A stretch of 64,000 bases of DNA from Octopus sinensis (lineage: Eukaryota), in NCBI RefSeq assembly GCF_006345805.1, contig NC_042997.1:76942001-77006000 (forward strand). The letters are read 5' to 3'. The stretch's first letter is position 1; every line of letters starts with the position of its first letter. The position numbers and the translations under genes were made by a program. Shown in pieces: positions 23,660 to 36,181 of the stretch. Below the pieces are notes generated by a model that worked only from the letters and a program-made list of their open reading frames with translations, was not told where the DNA came from and did no database searches.

Positions 23660-23938
23660 TTGGAAAAAATGCTATGAAAATGACCATTATACAAAGGGAA
23701 ATTACTGTGTGATTGACCGTTATTAAGACAAAAGAGATATTTGAATAACCGCTAAGTGAGGGGTGGGAGTAAAAGTAAGGGATAAAAATGTTCATAGTAT
23801 TCGCGTAAGCGCATATGTTCATACCTACACATGTACACCCGCATACCAACATGCATGAGCCTAAAAGTATACACTCATCCAACCTCACTTGAAACATACA
23901 CAACCTCACCTACACCATTTGCCAAATATATATATATA

Positions 23939-25322
23939 CTAGCTTAAGGTGACCCGCTCTACACGCAGGTTAGAGTGTGGTTGTTACTTTCTGTTTTTAT
24001 CACCACATTCTCCCTCTTTGTTTCTCTCTCACTTTCCCACTCTCTTACTCTTCCTTTCTCTCGGACTCTCCCTTGCTTTCTTTTACTCTCTATCTTTATC
24101 TCTCTCCCATTTATAAACAACAAAAGATCTTGAGTAAGTTGAGAAAGAAAATATTTTGAAAGATCAATCATAGATATCAGGCAGTGACAACGGAAAAGTC
24201 TGCTTCAAGGCAGACAGCAAAACACTAACATTTAAAAGGGACAGACGAACTTGCGAGCTGAATAAAAATAAAAGAAATATTGGAAACCAAAGTTTGAAGG
24301 GATAGAATCTGAGGATAGTAGAGTCACCATGGCTGGCATTTCTTAACGACGGACAGCAACGTAGTGGCAGTTTAACAGCTGGGTAAACTTTTGAACTTGA
24401 TGTAAAAGAAAATTCCTAAACACCAAGTTTTGAAGTGATTCTTTCTCACGACAGTAGACTCACCATAGCAAGCATTCAAAACTTCTTCATGATTGATTGC
24501 AACACATTGAAGATTTAAAGGGTGGCGCAAATTTTTTAGCTTAATGTAATAGAGAATTGCTAAACACCCACTCCTGTAAATTTTAATCCTCTTCCAGCCC
24601 CATTTAGACCCCTTTTCACATTTTGGTTAATATAACTCGATTTCAATTGGGTCTACTCGGGCCACATTTTATAAGATGAGGAATAATAGTTGCCATGCAA
24701 ACTCGCCAGCACTTTTAACATTGGTGTGCATATTTTCAGCTCAACCGACCACATAATGCACATATTATTATTATATATATATATATATGTACATATATGC
24801 GCATTATACATACAAATGTATACAAATTATATATATATACACATATATATATAAATACAGATATGTACACTTTGTATATATACATTATATATACATATTT
24901 ATATATAGAACACACACACATATATAAATTAACTCAATAAATATCTGATTCATAATATTTGTTCTCATGATTGTGTGGGTGGTGGTGGCGATAATAATTC
25001 TCTCTATGAATGCAGACAGACGTAGAGAGAGAGAGAGGATGTTGGAGAAAGATAGTAGACGCTGTCAAACGACATTATAGAGAGGTGAAAGGAAGGGAGG
25101 AAAGAGAGATGGAGGAAGACAGGCAGATAAGAGAATGTGAGAAGACTTGTCAAAGTGTGCGTTTTTTGCCCTAGTAACCACACCTTTTAAGATAGGGGTT
25201 TCTAACCTAGCCCACTCACATCCTCACCTCATTTTACATGTCCCTGTAAATTTTGGAGTAACCCGTTCCAATGCCAAACCCAACCAAGCAAACTTTTCGC
25301 ATTTCAGATTTATAGATATTGA
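23939..25322 (-). mobile_element. Non-autonomous Helitron nested in a TA tract of the PLE 3' UTR
   Basis: Minus-strand 3' end ACCTGCGTGTAGAGCGGGT hairpin plus CACCTTAAGCTAG|T; the other end resembles a Helitron 5' end (..TCAATATCTATAAATCTGAAATGCG). Confidence 0.6.
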
Positions 25323-25841
25323 TATATACAAACCCACACACTCACACGCACACCAAAAAGGTTCATACACACATCTATATACTCACAAGCACAGGAAAAC
25401 ACAGGGCTAAGGGTAACAATACAGAAAAAGGGTGTAAGGGAGTATAAAAATAAACAAAGAGTAAATCACGTCTATATATGCACATACCTGTATGCACGCA
25501 CACACACACGCCTATATACGCGCATACCTGCACGCATCTATATACGCACACGCATGCACAAAAAGTTCATATACATGTCTATGCGCATATACACAAGAAA
25601 AAACAGGGCTAAAGGCAAAAATACAGGAAAAGTGTGAAAAAACGAGTAAAACACGTCTATATACGCACATACTCGCATGCTTGCACACAGCCATATATGC
25701 ACACATCCACACGCGCGCACAAAGGATTCCATATACATGTCTATATACTCACAGGGAAAATACAGGGTGGAAGGTAAAATACAGAAAAATTGTAAAAAAT
25801 ATATAAGCAATAAACCTATAAACCAATATCTCTATAAATAT

Positions 25842-26595
25842 TTAAAAAATATGTATAAAAATATATAAATAAAAATATATAAGAAATATAAGTAAAAGGT
25901 ATAAAGAGTATTGTGGTTTTTGTGTGTTGTGTGCGATTATATTTTTTAAATTGGTAGTTGAGCTGAAATTGATTTTTAAGTTGTGTCTATTGAAGAGCTT
26001 TCTGTAAGTATGGTTGACTGGAAAATGTCTATCTATCAGTGCTAAGAAATACTTGCCTATATTGAAGGTCACTTCGGGTGAGTAGGGGAGTGTGAACCAG
26101 ATGGTTTTCCTATTCTTATGTTTCCTCTTCTTTATTATTGGGCTGGTGGCAGGTTATTTCCTCACTAAAACTACCATCTTTTAGAGCCTTATTATATACT
26201 GGTGCAACGCTATTAAAAATGTCCTTATCGGAGGAGAGGCTAGAAATTCTCTTGCTAATGTTTTTAACTAAATTTTTAAACACTATAAGGGGATGGCAGG
26301 AACCTACATTAATATAACTAAGTCTATCATTGGGCTTCCTATAAGGCTTATAAATGTTCTTATTTAGATCTAAGGATACCTCTAGGAAATTGACAACTGT
26401 CAGGTTGGTGTCTGTAGTTATACTAAGTCCGCGGGTTTTCATCAAATGGATAATATCCTTCCTAAACCGATCCTGTGCTGGTCCATTGGTATTTGCAGTT
26501 AAGGCGAGGGCATCATCTTTGTAGATGGTGAAGTATACGTCAGGAAAGGTCTTGCCGAACGTATCAAATAGCTCTTTTGTCTTAATAACGGTCAA
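25842..26595 (-). pseudogene. PLE RT C-terminal half (motifs 5-7 and thumb); endonuclease absent
   Basis: YKDDAL, VVNFLEVSLDL, YKPYRKPND, HP...KRISSLSS and NIGKYFLALIDRHFP...KLFNR motifs, with frameshifts. Confidence 0.85.
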
Positions 26596-26650
26596 TCACA
26601 CAGTAATTTCCTCCCTTTCTATAACAGTCATTTTCTTGCATTTTTTCCGA

Positions 26651-26724
26651 TGGCTGGATAACTGAAGAGATGGCGGCATGAATTTCCACCTCGGCATCCG
26701 AAACTTGGAGTTTTATCATGGCTA
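26651..26724 (+). ncRNA. Type I hammerhead ribozyme with intact core (in the inverted 5' pLTR copy)
   Basis: GAUAA(26657-61) CUGAAGA GAUG..CAUC C GAAA(26700-03) CU-UGG-AGU U(26712) UUAUC; predicted cleavage after 26712. Confidence 0.85.
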
Positions 26725-27673
26725 CTGAATAATTGTCACATATTACATTTACAGGTAAATTCCTCTATTTACATAATATCGAGGTCTCTTTCATTCTTTT
26801 GTTGTCTTAGCATTTTTATGAATATATATATATAGATATATGTGTGTGTGTTCACATTACATATTTTAAAAAATACAATTACTGTGCACTTTCAGCAATG
26901 TGTGTGCAATGATATACAGTTAGCTGCACCATACCTACACATATGTGCCCCACCGACTTTGTCTCCTCACAACTTTCAGAAAAATGCATGTTTTTTGAAT
27001 GAAATTTTCTACAAATATACTTCAGTGTAGATGCCAAATATATCAGAATTTGTTTTGGAATAAATTTTTCGAAACAAAACAAAAATGTAATGTGTGTCAG
27101 TATGTGTATGTGCTTTCCTACCAATTTTTGTTTTCATATTAAACCCCAATACAGTTGTGATCTACATACTCTAAAAGTTATTTGTCAAAATTTTACAGAT
27201 ACCTATTTTTCAATGAGTTTTGAAGAAACAAAGCTGACCCACATGGATTTTCTGAAATTCCTCTCCCCCAGAATATGCTTTCACTACAAATTCAGATATA
27301 ATCAGAACCTATACCATCTAAAACATATTTTCCAGAAAATTTTACGAAAAAATATCTAGTTTTCTGGAAGTTATGAAGAAACAAAATTGGTCGGGTACAT
27401 TTGTGTATTTATGCTCACACTAAGATTACATTGCTATTATATATCTGCATATTAGCTTGCTTCACTTCACTTTCATCTTGTATGTAACAATATGCAAAAG
27501 TGTTGTAAGTCAAAAATGTTGCTTTTTCAGAAAATGAGAAAATAATTTCACTATTCCATATATATATATATATATATATATAAAAGTATATACACACTAC
27601 AATGCATATTTAATAAAGTTAATATTTATTACTTAACTCAATATCATCAATACTGTTATCTTATATTTAATTA

Positions 27674-28067
27674 CTAGCAGTATCGCCCGGCGTTGCTCGG
27701 GTTTGTAAGGGAAATAATTATATAAGCATTTTTAGAGATGTAAAGTATAATAGCCATCTCAATATGGCTAACCACAAAGGGGGAGGGGTGTTACTGTAGC
27801 TTTTTACGTTCTGAGATTTAAGAATAAATTTTAGAGAGTTACTTCCCTTATATATGTCAAAAATGGTTTAAAAATGGGAAAAATTGATGGTAAATTTTTT
27901 TTAAATCGTAGACTCATCGTAGACGCGCGCTAATATCCAGACGGTCTCGATATGAATCACGACTATAAGATACCCGGTTTTGGTTAAACTGCACCGCAAA
28001 ATGTGGGAGTAGTTAGGAATCTAAATCGTAGGAGACAGACACACAACCTCACTTTTATATATAAAGA
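27674..28067 (-). mobile_element. Complete non-autonomous Helitron
   Basis: Minus strand TCTTTATATATAAAAG ... CCCGAGCAACGCCGGG CGATACTGCTAG, inserted between A and T. Confidence 0.85.
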
Positions 28068-28161
28068 TTTCCTCTATTTACATAATATTGAGGTCTCTTT
28101 CTTTCTTTTGTTATCTTACTGTTTTTACCAATATACATATATATATATATATATATAAATA

Positions 28162-28492
28162 TATATATAGTTACAGAGATGTACTTGCATAGCAAGTGAC
28201 TTGATCTGAGATCGTGTGCTGGAACGAAAACAGTTGCAGCGTTGAAGGTGTTTATAAGCCATTTAAGAAACACACAAAAACCGTTAGATTCACTTCAACA
28301 TTTAAATTTAATTTGTCAAAATATTTTCGTCGCTTTGAGACCGCGACCTGTTAGCACGATATTTTTGTCAGTGAACAGGTCGCGGTCTCAAAGTGACGAA
28401 AATATTTTGGCAAATTAAATTTAAATGTTGAAGTGAATGTAACGGTTTTTGTGTGTTTCTTAAATGGCTTAGAAACACCTTCCAGGCTGCAA
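28162..28492. mobile_element. Head-to-head inverted pair of a ~190-nt HHR-bearing non-coding unit (PLE pLTR-like, family B)
   Basis: Arms 28234-28352 and 28374-28492 with a 21-nt spacer; flanked by (TA)n; same family at 36182-36392. Confidence 0.75.
28364..28414 (+). ncRNA. Minimal type I hammerhead variant with G3-C8 core
   Basis: UUUGUCA-GUGAACAG-GUCGC(GGUCUCAAA)GUGAC-GAAA-AUAUU-U-UGGCAAA; the inverted partial copy reads GCGAC and UGACAAA, perfecting both stems. Confidence 0.7.
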
Positions 28493-28544
28493 TATATATA
28501 TGCACACATATATATATATGTATGTATGTATGTATGTGTGTATA

Positions 28545-28790
28545 TGTGTATGCATGTATGTGTGTGTGTGTGCGTGTCTGTGCTTGTGATTGTCCTCCAC
28601 CACTGCTTGACAACGAATGTTGGTTTGTTTACATCCCTGTCACCTAGTGGTTTGACAAAGGAAACAGATAGAATAAGTACAATGCTTACAAAAATAAAAC
28701 TGGAGTTGATTCATTAAACTACAATTCTTCAAGGCATTGCCCCAGCATGGCCACAGACCAATGGCTGGAAAAAGCAGAAGAATAAAAGAA
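28545..28790 (+). mobile_element. SINE 3' half (family of 30434)
   Basis: CTGCTTGACAAC...GTTTACATCCC...GAATAAGTAC...CCAGCATGGCCACAG motifs. Confidence 0.6.
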
Positions 28791-28858
28791 TACATTCTCT
28801 GCTTTGGTCTTATGTTCAAGGCATGAGAAAGCTTGAGTTTACATGAGAAGGCCTAACA

Positions 28859-29230
28859 GACCTGGTAGAAACAGCAGCCAAATCTCCCTCAAATCACACC
28901 TTACTGTCTTATGTATGTATATATATATGAGCCAATGAGGGGGACCTCTACATGGTAGCTAGACCTGGTAGAAATAGCAGCCAAATTTCCCCCAAATCAC
29001 ACCTTACTGTCTTATCTATGTATATATGTATGTATGAGCCTATGAGGGAGACCCCTACATGGCAGCTAGACCTGGTAGAAATAGCAGCCAAATTTCCCCC
29101 AAATCACACCTTACTGTCTTATCTATGTATATATGTATGTATGAGCCTATGAGGGAGACCCCTACATGGCAGCTAGACATGGTAGAAATAGCAGCCAAAT
29201 CTCCCTCAAATCACACCTTACTGTCTTATC
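28859..29230 (+). repeat. 107-bp tandem repeat, ~3.5 units
   Basis: Unit GACCTGGTAGAAATAGCAGCCAAAT...CCTACATGGCAGCTA; the ORF track shows the same period (28952/29059/29166). Confidence 0.9.
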
Positions 29231-29234
29231 TTTC

Positions 29235-29289
29235 TGCTACTTGGATATAGGTGTTATATTCGTCGCAAAAAACTTTCCTGTCACACACT

Positions 29290-29320
<31 letters not shown>

Positions 29321-29730
29321 CCACACACGCGCACACCCACACACACCCACTCACACACACGCACGTTAGCTTACAATTTTATTTATATATTTGCGTGTCT
29401 ATGTGTTGAAAGAGGAAGTGGGAGGCAGAGTGAAAGAATCACTCACTACAGTAAGTCAATTACTTTCATTTTATTCGTTGCCCACTGTGTGTGTGCGTTT
29501 GCGTGTGCTGTAAACCAGACTAAGAAAAGCATTTGACACACACACCAGAATGTGAGTTTTCTGTAAATTTTGCTTAATTGGAGTTTTAATTTTAAAAACT
29601 GGACCTGGCATGACGCGATGCATTGTACTCTTAAAAATGCAAGGTAAATTGTAATTGAAGAAATCCTATATTGTAGATTTGTATAACTCCCAAAGGGAGG
29701 CAGATAAAATCTGCCTTTTATAATAAGAGA
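29235..29730 (-). mobile_element. Helitron-like 5' portion, sister of 16905-17180
   Basis: Near-identical ~275 bp ending CTGCCTTTTATAATAAGAGA. Confidence 0.55.
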
Positions 29731-30289
29731 TATACCCGAATGTTATATATATTCAAAGAATATTCTTTTGTTCAGTTTGCATCAAAAGGGTGACAATAAT
29801 GAGATGGCCTCAGTTTTTCACTACACATAAATATATATAGAATAACAGTATTTATGATGATATTGTGTTAAGTAATTAAAGTAACTTTATCAAATATATT
29901 TTATATATATACTGTTGCTATTATGTTAAACTGTCATATGTCTAAATTTGGCCAAATATTTTTCAATATTTAATTTTGCTTGCAATAACTGTTTCTCTTG
30001 GTCAGACTATCATATCTCCAGCTGCTTCAGATGAAAATTGTCAAAGTGTAGTACAATGGTTTAGCATTTTTCAAAAGTGTAGTAAGCTCCACATATGACA
30101 GTCTTGCAAAAATATTTCTGACTGAAAATATCATACATGCATGGAGTTCCGATGTTATGTGTTCAACAAAGTATTATTGTTAAGCAGAAACTGTTGCTAA
30201 TGTAAAAAGATATAGAATAGTAAATTATTTTTATGTTTTCTGAAAAAGCAACATTTTGGACTTACGACACTTTTGCATAATAGCAACAA

Positions 30290-31020
30290 TATATATATGG
30301 CCCTGCTCAATCTGTAGAAAAGCCATAGGCAGAAACTCCATAAGATGTACCCGGTGTATGTTATGGACACATAAGATATTCAGAGAAAGGTTAACAGGGA
30401 AAATAGCTTTTGTGTGTGGAAGATGCATAGGTATAGGAGTGGCTGTGTGGTAAGTAGCTTGTTTACCAACCACATGGTTCCAGGTTCAGTCCCACTGCGT
30501 GGCACCTTGGGCAAGTGTCTTCTATTATAGCCTCAGGCCGACCAAAGCCTTGTGAGTGGATTTGATAAATGAAAACTGAAAGAAGCCCGTCGTATATATG
30601 TATATATATGTATGTGTGTGTATATGTTTGTGTGTCTTTGTCCCCCCAACATCGCTTGACAACCAATGGTGGTGTGTTTACGTCTCCGTAACTTAACGGT
30701 TTGGCAAAAGAGACCAATAGAATAAGTACTAGGCTTCCAAAGAATAAGTCCTGGGGTCGATTTGCTAGACAAAAGGCGGTGCTCTAGCATGGCCACAGTC
30801 ATAACTGAAACAAGTAAAAAAAAAAGAGTACAATAAATACTGAAAATGTGCAGAAAATAGAGTCCATCAACTTTCAGCGGGTAAGTTAGAGGCAGTAGAT
30901 AGCTTCCGTTATCTAGGTGACCAAGTTAGTAGTGGAGGTGGATGCTCCTAGAGCATAGGTGTGAGAATAAGAACAGGTTGGGCAAAGTAGAGAGCTCCTT
31001 CCTCACCTGGCAACAAAGTT
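30290..31020 (+). mobile_element. Old RTE RT fragment split by a SINE
   Basis: WPCSICRKAIGRNSIRCTRCMLWTHK before the SINE; AVDSFRYLGDQVSSGGGCS after it. Confidence 0.8.
30434..30826 (+). mobile_element. Full-length tRNA-derived CORE-like SINE
   Basis: tRNA-like head (GGCTGTGTGGTAAG ... GGTTCAGTCCC), CORE-like CACCTTGGGCAAGTGTCTT, internal TA/TG tract and A-rich tail. Confidence 0.8.
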
Positions 31021-32446
31021 GTGTTGCTTATTTTTAAATAAGCAACACAAACCCTTCACTACATGTGTTCATCATTTTTTAAATTGTTTAAATTTTACCA
31101 TAAATCTAATTACTGTAAAACAACCTCTGATTCTCATTGATATATGGTTTAGACATTTTATGAGCTCACATAAATCAATATATCTACATTAGTATCATGG
31201 AACTACCTAACACATACTTTTCACTCTGATCCTTAATTTTTCAACAAACTAGAAAGTACTAATATTTTTGATTGGGGGATACTCCTAAGTTTTAAAATTT
31301 TTGGACTTCTCCCTCTCCAATGACAGAATCCTTACTCAATATCATGATCCATATGCTTCACTATTCTAGAAACAGCTGTAAGAAACTCTCTCTCTGTTTA
31401 TATTATCTATCTAAAGTGTTCTTCAAATGATGTCAAATGTTTTGCTTTTACATTTTTTTATTTCAATCTATATCTATACATACATATACGTATGGGCGGA
31501 CAGAGGAGTAATTTTTTCCTTCCCTCTTTATTGATGTGAAGACAAAATAGGGATGCATCCGTATTTCTTGCTCCATTGTGAAACTGGGCAAGATTAAAAA
31601 CATTGATATCATCTAATTTTATTAAACATAGTAATTTGTCCATCCTTTTCTTCAATCTTTGCAGTCTACCTCCAATGAAAAACTGTTCCAAAGTAGTCCT
31701 AAATGTCTTTTAAAATCTTGCAGAAGGATTATCAAAATTACATTTGCCATAGTGAATATAATTACAGCCCATTTATTCTAAACCTGAATCAGTAGCAGTG
31801 GTGATTATAATTTTGAAATAGCTATGCATATTTAGAAACCATTTCCTACTTAATTCTTAGATGACTTATGTTCATAATGTATTTAATGTATAATCAGTCA
31901 GTCATGTGCACAAATGTGCTGAGTGGTTGGATCAATCTTCTAATATTACAGAGATTACTTTATTCAGATTACTCTGATTTAAATTCTCCAAAGAATCTTT
32001 AGTTTGCCTAGTTTCATTTAAATTTCAAATAATAATATTGATGTACTTGATCATAATAATTGAAGTATTTATTCCATTATGCTATTGATTTTTACTTCTG
32101 ATCTATTCAATATTTAAAAAAAAAATTTATGACATAAATCGAGTTTTGAAATTTTACACATTAACATCTGTTCTTTGTATCTTTTAATGCTTCTGCTGCT
32201 GGTTTGGCTGTCATTTTGAGTAATGTTCTTTTCCTCAAATTATACAATTTTTTCAACTTATAAGCTATTTACTGACACAAAAATCCTTGCTGCTGACTTG
32301 TATAGGGTGTGTGTGTGTGTGTGTGCATGTATGCATGCACATATTTATTATTTTTAAAAATGTCTTTGATATTCAGCTAATGATTGATTTCTGTTTAAAG
32401 TATGAGTTTTACGTTTTGATAATGTTAGCACCGTAACATTTACTAG

Positions 32447-32611
32447 TATATGTTGTACACATATACATAAACAATCACTGAATTAGAATATAAATTTACA
32501 CCAATTAAAGTGACTGATTCTAATTCAGTGATTGTATATGTATATGTTGTACACATATACATATACAATCACTGAATTAGAATATAAATTTACACCAATT
32601 AAAGTGACTGA
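32447..32611. repeat. Direct-inverted-direct micro-rearrangement
   Basis: ~70-bp direct copies (32447-32517 and ~32542-32611) separated by a 26-bp inverted copy of their middle. Confidence 0.85.
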
Positions 32612-35600
32612 ACTTATTTAGTTTAGTTTACTCTTAATTTTAAGAATTTGATTTTAATTACAACATATAGATTAAAACAGTCACTGTAGAACTCAATTCT
32701 TTTGTTATATTTTCTATATAGTTTTTTTCCCCCACTTTTCAGCTGTATTGAATTAAAATTTGTTATAATACCACACATTTTTAATATATATAAATTCTAT
32801 TATTATTGATCATTATAGTCCTCAGTTAACTAACAAATGAAAAGGTCTTTGATTGTATGTGTAGTCTATACCTGCATATGTGATATGAGGTATTATGTAC
32901 TGTATTGAATTCATCTGTTGTTGGTCCATTCTTTATATGGCAGACTCTTGTCAGTAGATCTTGATTTCCTTTATGAGGCATGAACTGTTGTTAATGTTTC
33001 ATGTGGTTTGCCTAACTAAGCTTGTTATTTCTTTCCATTTTTAGCATGATCATCATTTTATATTCCTGCTGCTATGGGTTGGACAAGCCAATTGTTATTG
33101 TATTATAGCCACCACTACTTGAGAAGTTGGCTTCTCTACTTTGTGTGGAGTTGGAGATGCTTCAAAATGTTTCCTTTACACAGAATTTTTTCTTTTCTTT
33201 ATGTGTTTGTTCAGAATTACTACTGTACTTTCTGGAGTCTGCATCACCTTTGATCTTTTGAAATTCCACTATGACTGAAAAAATGTTTTCTTCCACTCTA
33301 TCCTAGTTTAATTTTAGTTTGTATATTTCTACATTATGTACTGTTTGCTACTTCAGTGAGTCTTCTTCAGTAATTACTATTGTCATCATTGGTAGATATA
33401 GTTACATGTCTCCTAAGTTTGCTGTCCATGGTGTAACGGTTGAATTTAGAACATAGTATCAATAATAGAGCAAATAGGGCCCACATTAAAAAAATTACTT
33501 TGATATCATTTAAACTAATATATCATCTATAATTTTACTATGATAAATTTTTGTAAATATTAATTAGAATATATTGAAATAATTAAAATTTTGTGGGATA
33601 TTGTATTTTTCAAATAGCTGGAAGTGCTCATTGAAAGTATCTAAAAGAAAGAAAACTCATTATTAATGAGCTTCCAAAAACTGATGTGAAGTAGCTACAT
33701 CATCATTGATATTAATAAAAAAAATCTTTAGGCATCAAATTTTCTCTTAAGTTTGTTGTTCAGTATCTTTTTTTTATTATTCAATCTTCCTCACAGAAAA
33801 ATTAAAGTTATTCTTGTAAGTTATTCTTGTAGATTATAACTATTGTATGGGAGAAAATATCAACTAATTATCAAGAGAAGTTTCTGGTAATAAGCACAAA
33901 AATTCACGGAGGATTGAACCTTTTGCTACAGAAAAGGTTTTAATTCCATAAAATAAACAAGGAAATTCATAAACATAGTAAATAACATAAAATTCAAAAT
34001 GTAATATACAATTATCTGTGCTCTGCAAAATCACTTAGTTTTATCACTACTATACTTCTGGTTCTTTGTTAATCAACTTCAGAAAATTCAGCTTTCAAAT
34101 TGAATACTTTACTATATATTATCCTTTCAAAGACAGAGGAGGGGACAGCACATCTGTGGGTTAGAATTGGAAGTATGTTGGTAAGTGATGCCTTTAATAA
34201 ATTGACTTTTTTGGATACAAGCCTTGGGTGTTCATGTGTATGATTGTAGTAGAACATTGTGGGATTCACTAGAGTTTTCAGCTATAGTTGTTACTGATCT
34301 TAAAGGTTTGTCTTCAGAAAGAACCTGCATTGCTGCAGCACAGCTATGAATAAATGATTTAGGATTATGTGTTTTGGTTGTGTGGAGACAAATGCCTAAA
34401 GTGATGAGTTCACTTGCCTATTTAACTGTCCCTGATATATATAGAGGGTAAAGTAGTTGTTGCCAGGGATAGTTAGTATACAACTGATAGAACCCCAACA
34501 ATTTTACTGACCTTAAATGCAATAGCATCCAGCAGAAATGAGGGTATAGTATGTGACTCTATGATCAGGATGATCCACAAGATGTGCAGAACCAGTGTTG
34601 GTTTGGTAGCAGTTGGGTTTAGAGGTGAGAATGGGATTAGTATACTTGGAATGTGTGCATGTTCTAACTTCATAAAATTACAAGCTATTTCTAACCTGAA
34701 TACTAGTTCCCTCCATTCTATTGTAAAGGGTAAAGTATATTGTTGTTGATGTTTAGCTCCAGGTCAACCCAGATTGAGTAGACATATGATCAAAGACATT
34801 TCAGCCTTGACCATCCTGCTTTAGATTATAGTGTATAAGGACCACATTATCCAGTGTATACCTCCTTTTGTGAGATGTTATGGTTATACTTAATTTCCTT
34901 TTGATACCAACCTACCTGAAACTTTCTTTGTTCTATGATACAAGCAGTCTGTTTAAAGTGAAATTTTAAGCCTTCCATACAAATTTTAGTAAATTTAGGT
35001 TCCAAATACCAGCTAAGTAATGACAAAATCGTTTTACTAAATTCTTCACTATTTTCAAAATTAATTGAAACAAAGGCATGGTATTTCAACAGAAATGTAG
35101 AAACAAAAGGAATAAGGGAAATTTTATTGCTATATTTGCAGGATGAGTGATTATGTAATGGCCCAGAATTAATTCATGTAAATTACACTGGTTCACTTCA
35201 TATAGAATAAAAGAAAAGTTCAGATGATATTTCACTTATTCTTATAAGATAAGATGTTTATTTCCATTTGCTTTTTTGCTATTTTATTCCAACTTGGAAA
35301 GCAAGTTTTCTAGATGATTAAATCTTTCTCTTGTTGCCTTATTCTAAGTTGATATCTGAAGTTAAAATTTTAATAGAGTTTTTATGTTGAACAGATTAAA
35401 AACAAAATTTCAACTTTATTATGTATTGTGTTCTTCCATTATATTGAATAAAAATATCCATCAGCCATTATATCTTAAAATAGGTTTCCGTTCACTTCTT
35501 CTCATTCTTCGAACAGGTTAAGTCTTATTTGTAAATCTAATTATGTTACTATAACATTGTTATGAGAAACCATTTATTGAGTTGTCATGGAAATTTTTTT

Positions 35601-36181
35601 TATAAGAAGAAAGAAAATGCATTTCAAAACATATTTTTGCAATATACATACATATATATATATAAAGGAAAGAATATATATATATTTTTGCAATGTATGT
35701 ATGTATTGCTCATTTCATTTCCATTTTTTTTTTCTTAATGCTTTGATTTGCAGTAAGTTTTTACCACATTTTATGGAAGAAAATAATAACAACAAAATTT
35801 GTATTTAAATATGTACATAACTGCTCTTTTTATCAACATATAAACTGTTAAAATATTGCATTTAATATCACTGCTTGTTGTATAAAGACAAACTGCATAC
35901 TTTCAGCAGGTATTCATTTCATGCCAAACTGTTTGATGATAAATATTTTTATTCTATATTCAAATACCATTAGTGTTGGATAATTTTCATTCCTTGTTGG
36001 TTTACACATATTTCATCTTTAGTCTTCTTTTGTTATACATTATCATCTTTTTTTATTATTATTTAAGAAAATTTACTAACATCTAAGACATCCAGTCTTA
36101 CATCAATGTAGGATAGAAGTTTCCAAAAATTAGGGCAGTTAATGCTTCTACTTATTTTTCGTAAACAGTTTATGATAATCA

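Larger units (their letters stand above)
23560..26820 (-). mobile_element. Penelope-like element, 5'-truncated, with 3' terminal repeat and an inverted copy of it at the 5' end; Helitron nested in the 3' UTR
   Basis: ~23560-23745 is the inverted homologue of ~26570-26760; RT C-terminal/thumb ORFs 26116-26595 and 25842-26072 lie between them. Confidence 0.85.

Noticed and set aside
28859-29230. CRISPR-like array
   Set aside because: Eukaryotic context; the units are full tandem repeats without unique spacers.
34133-34180. Candidate 48-nt exon (tcctttcaaag| ... TTG|gtaagt)
   Set aside because: Good splice signals, but no partner exons or homology; needs RNA-seq.
31460-35100. Several short coding-looking minus-strand stretches (31458, 33100-33450, 34069, 34473, 34847)
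   Set aside because: No motif could be assigned; may be a very old transposon, but unsupported.
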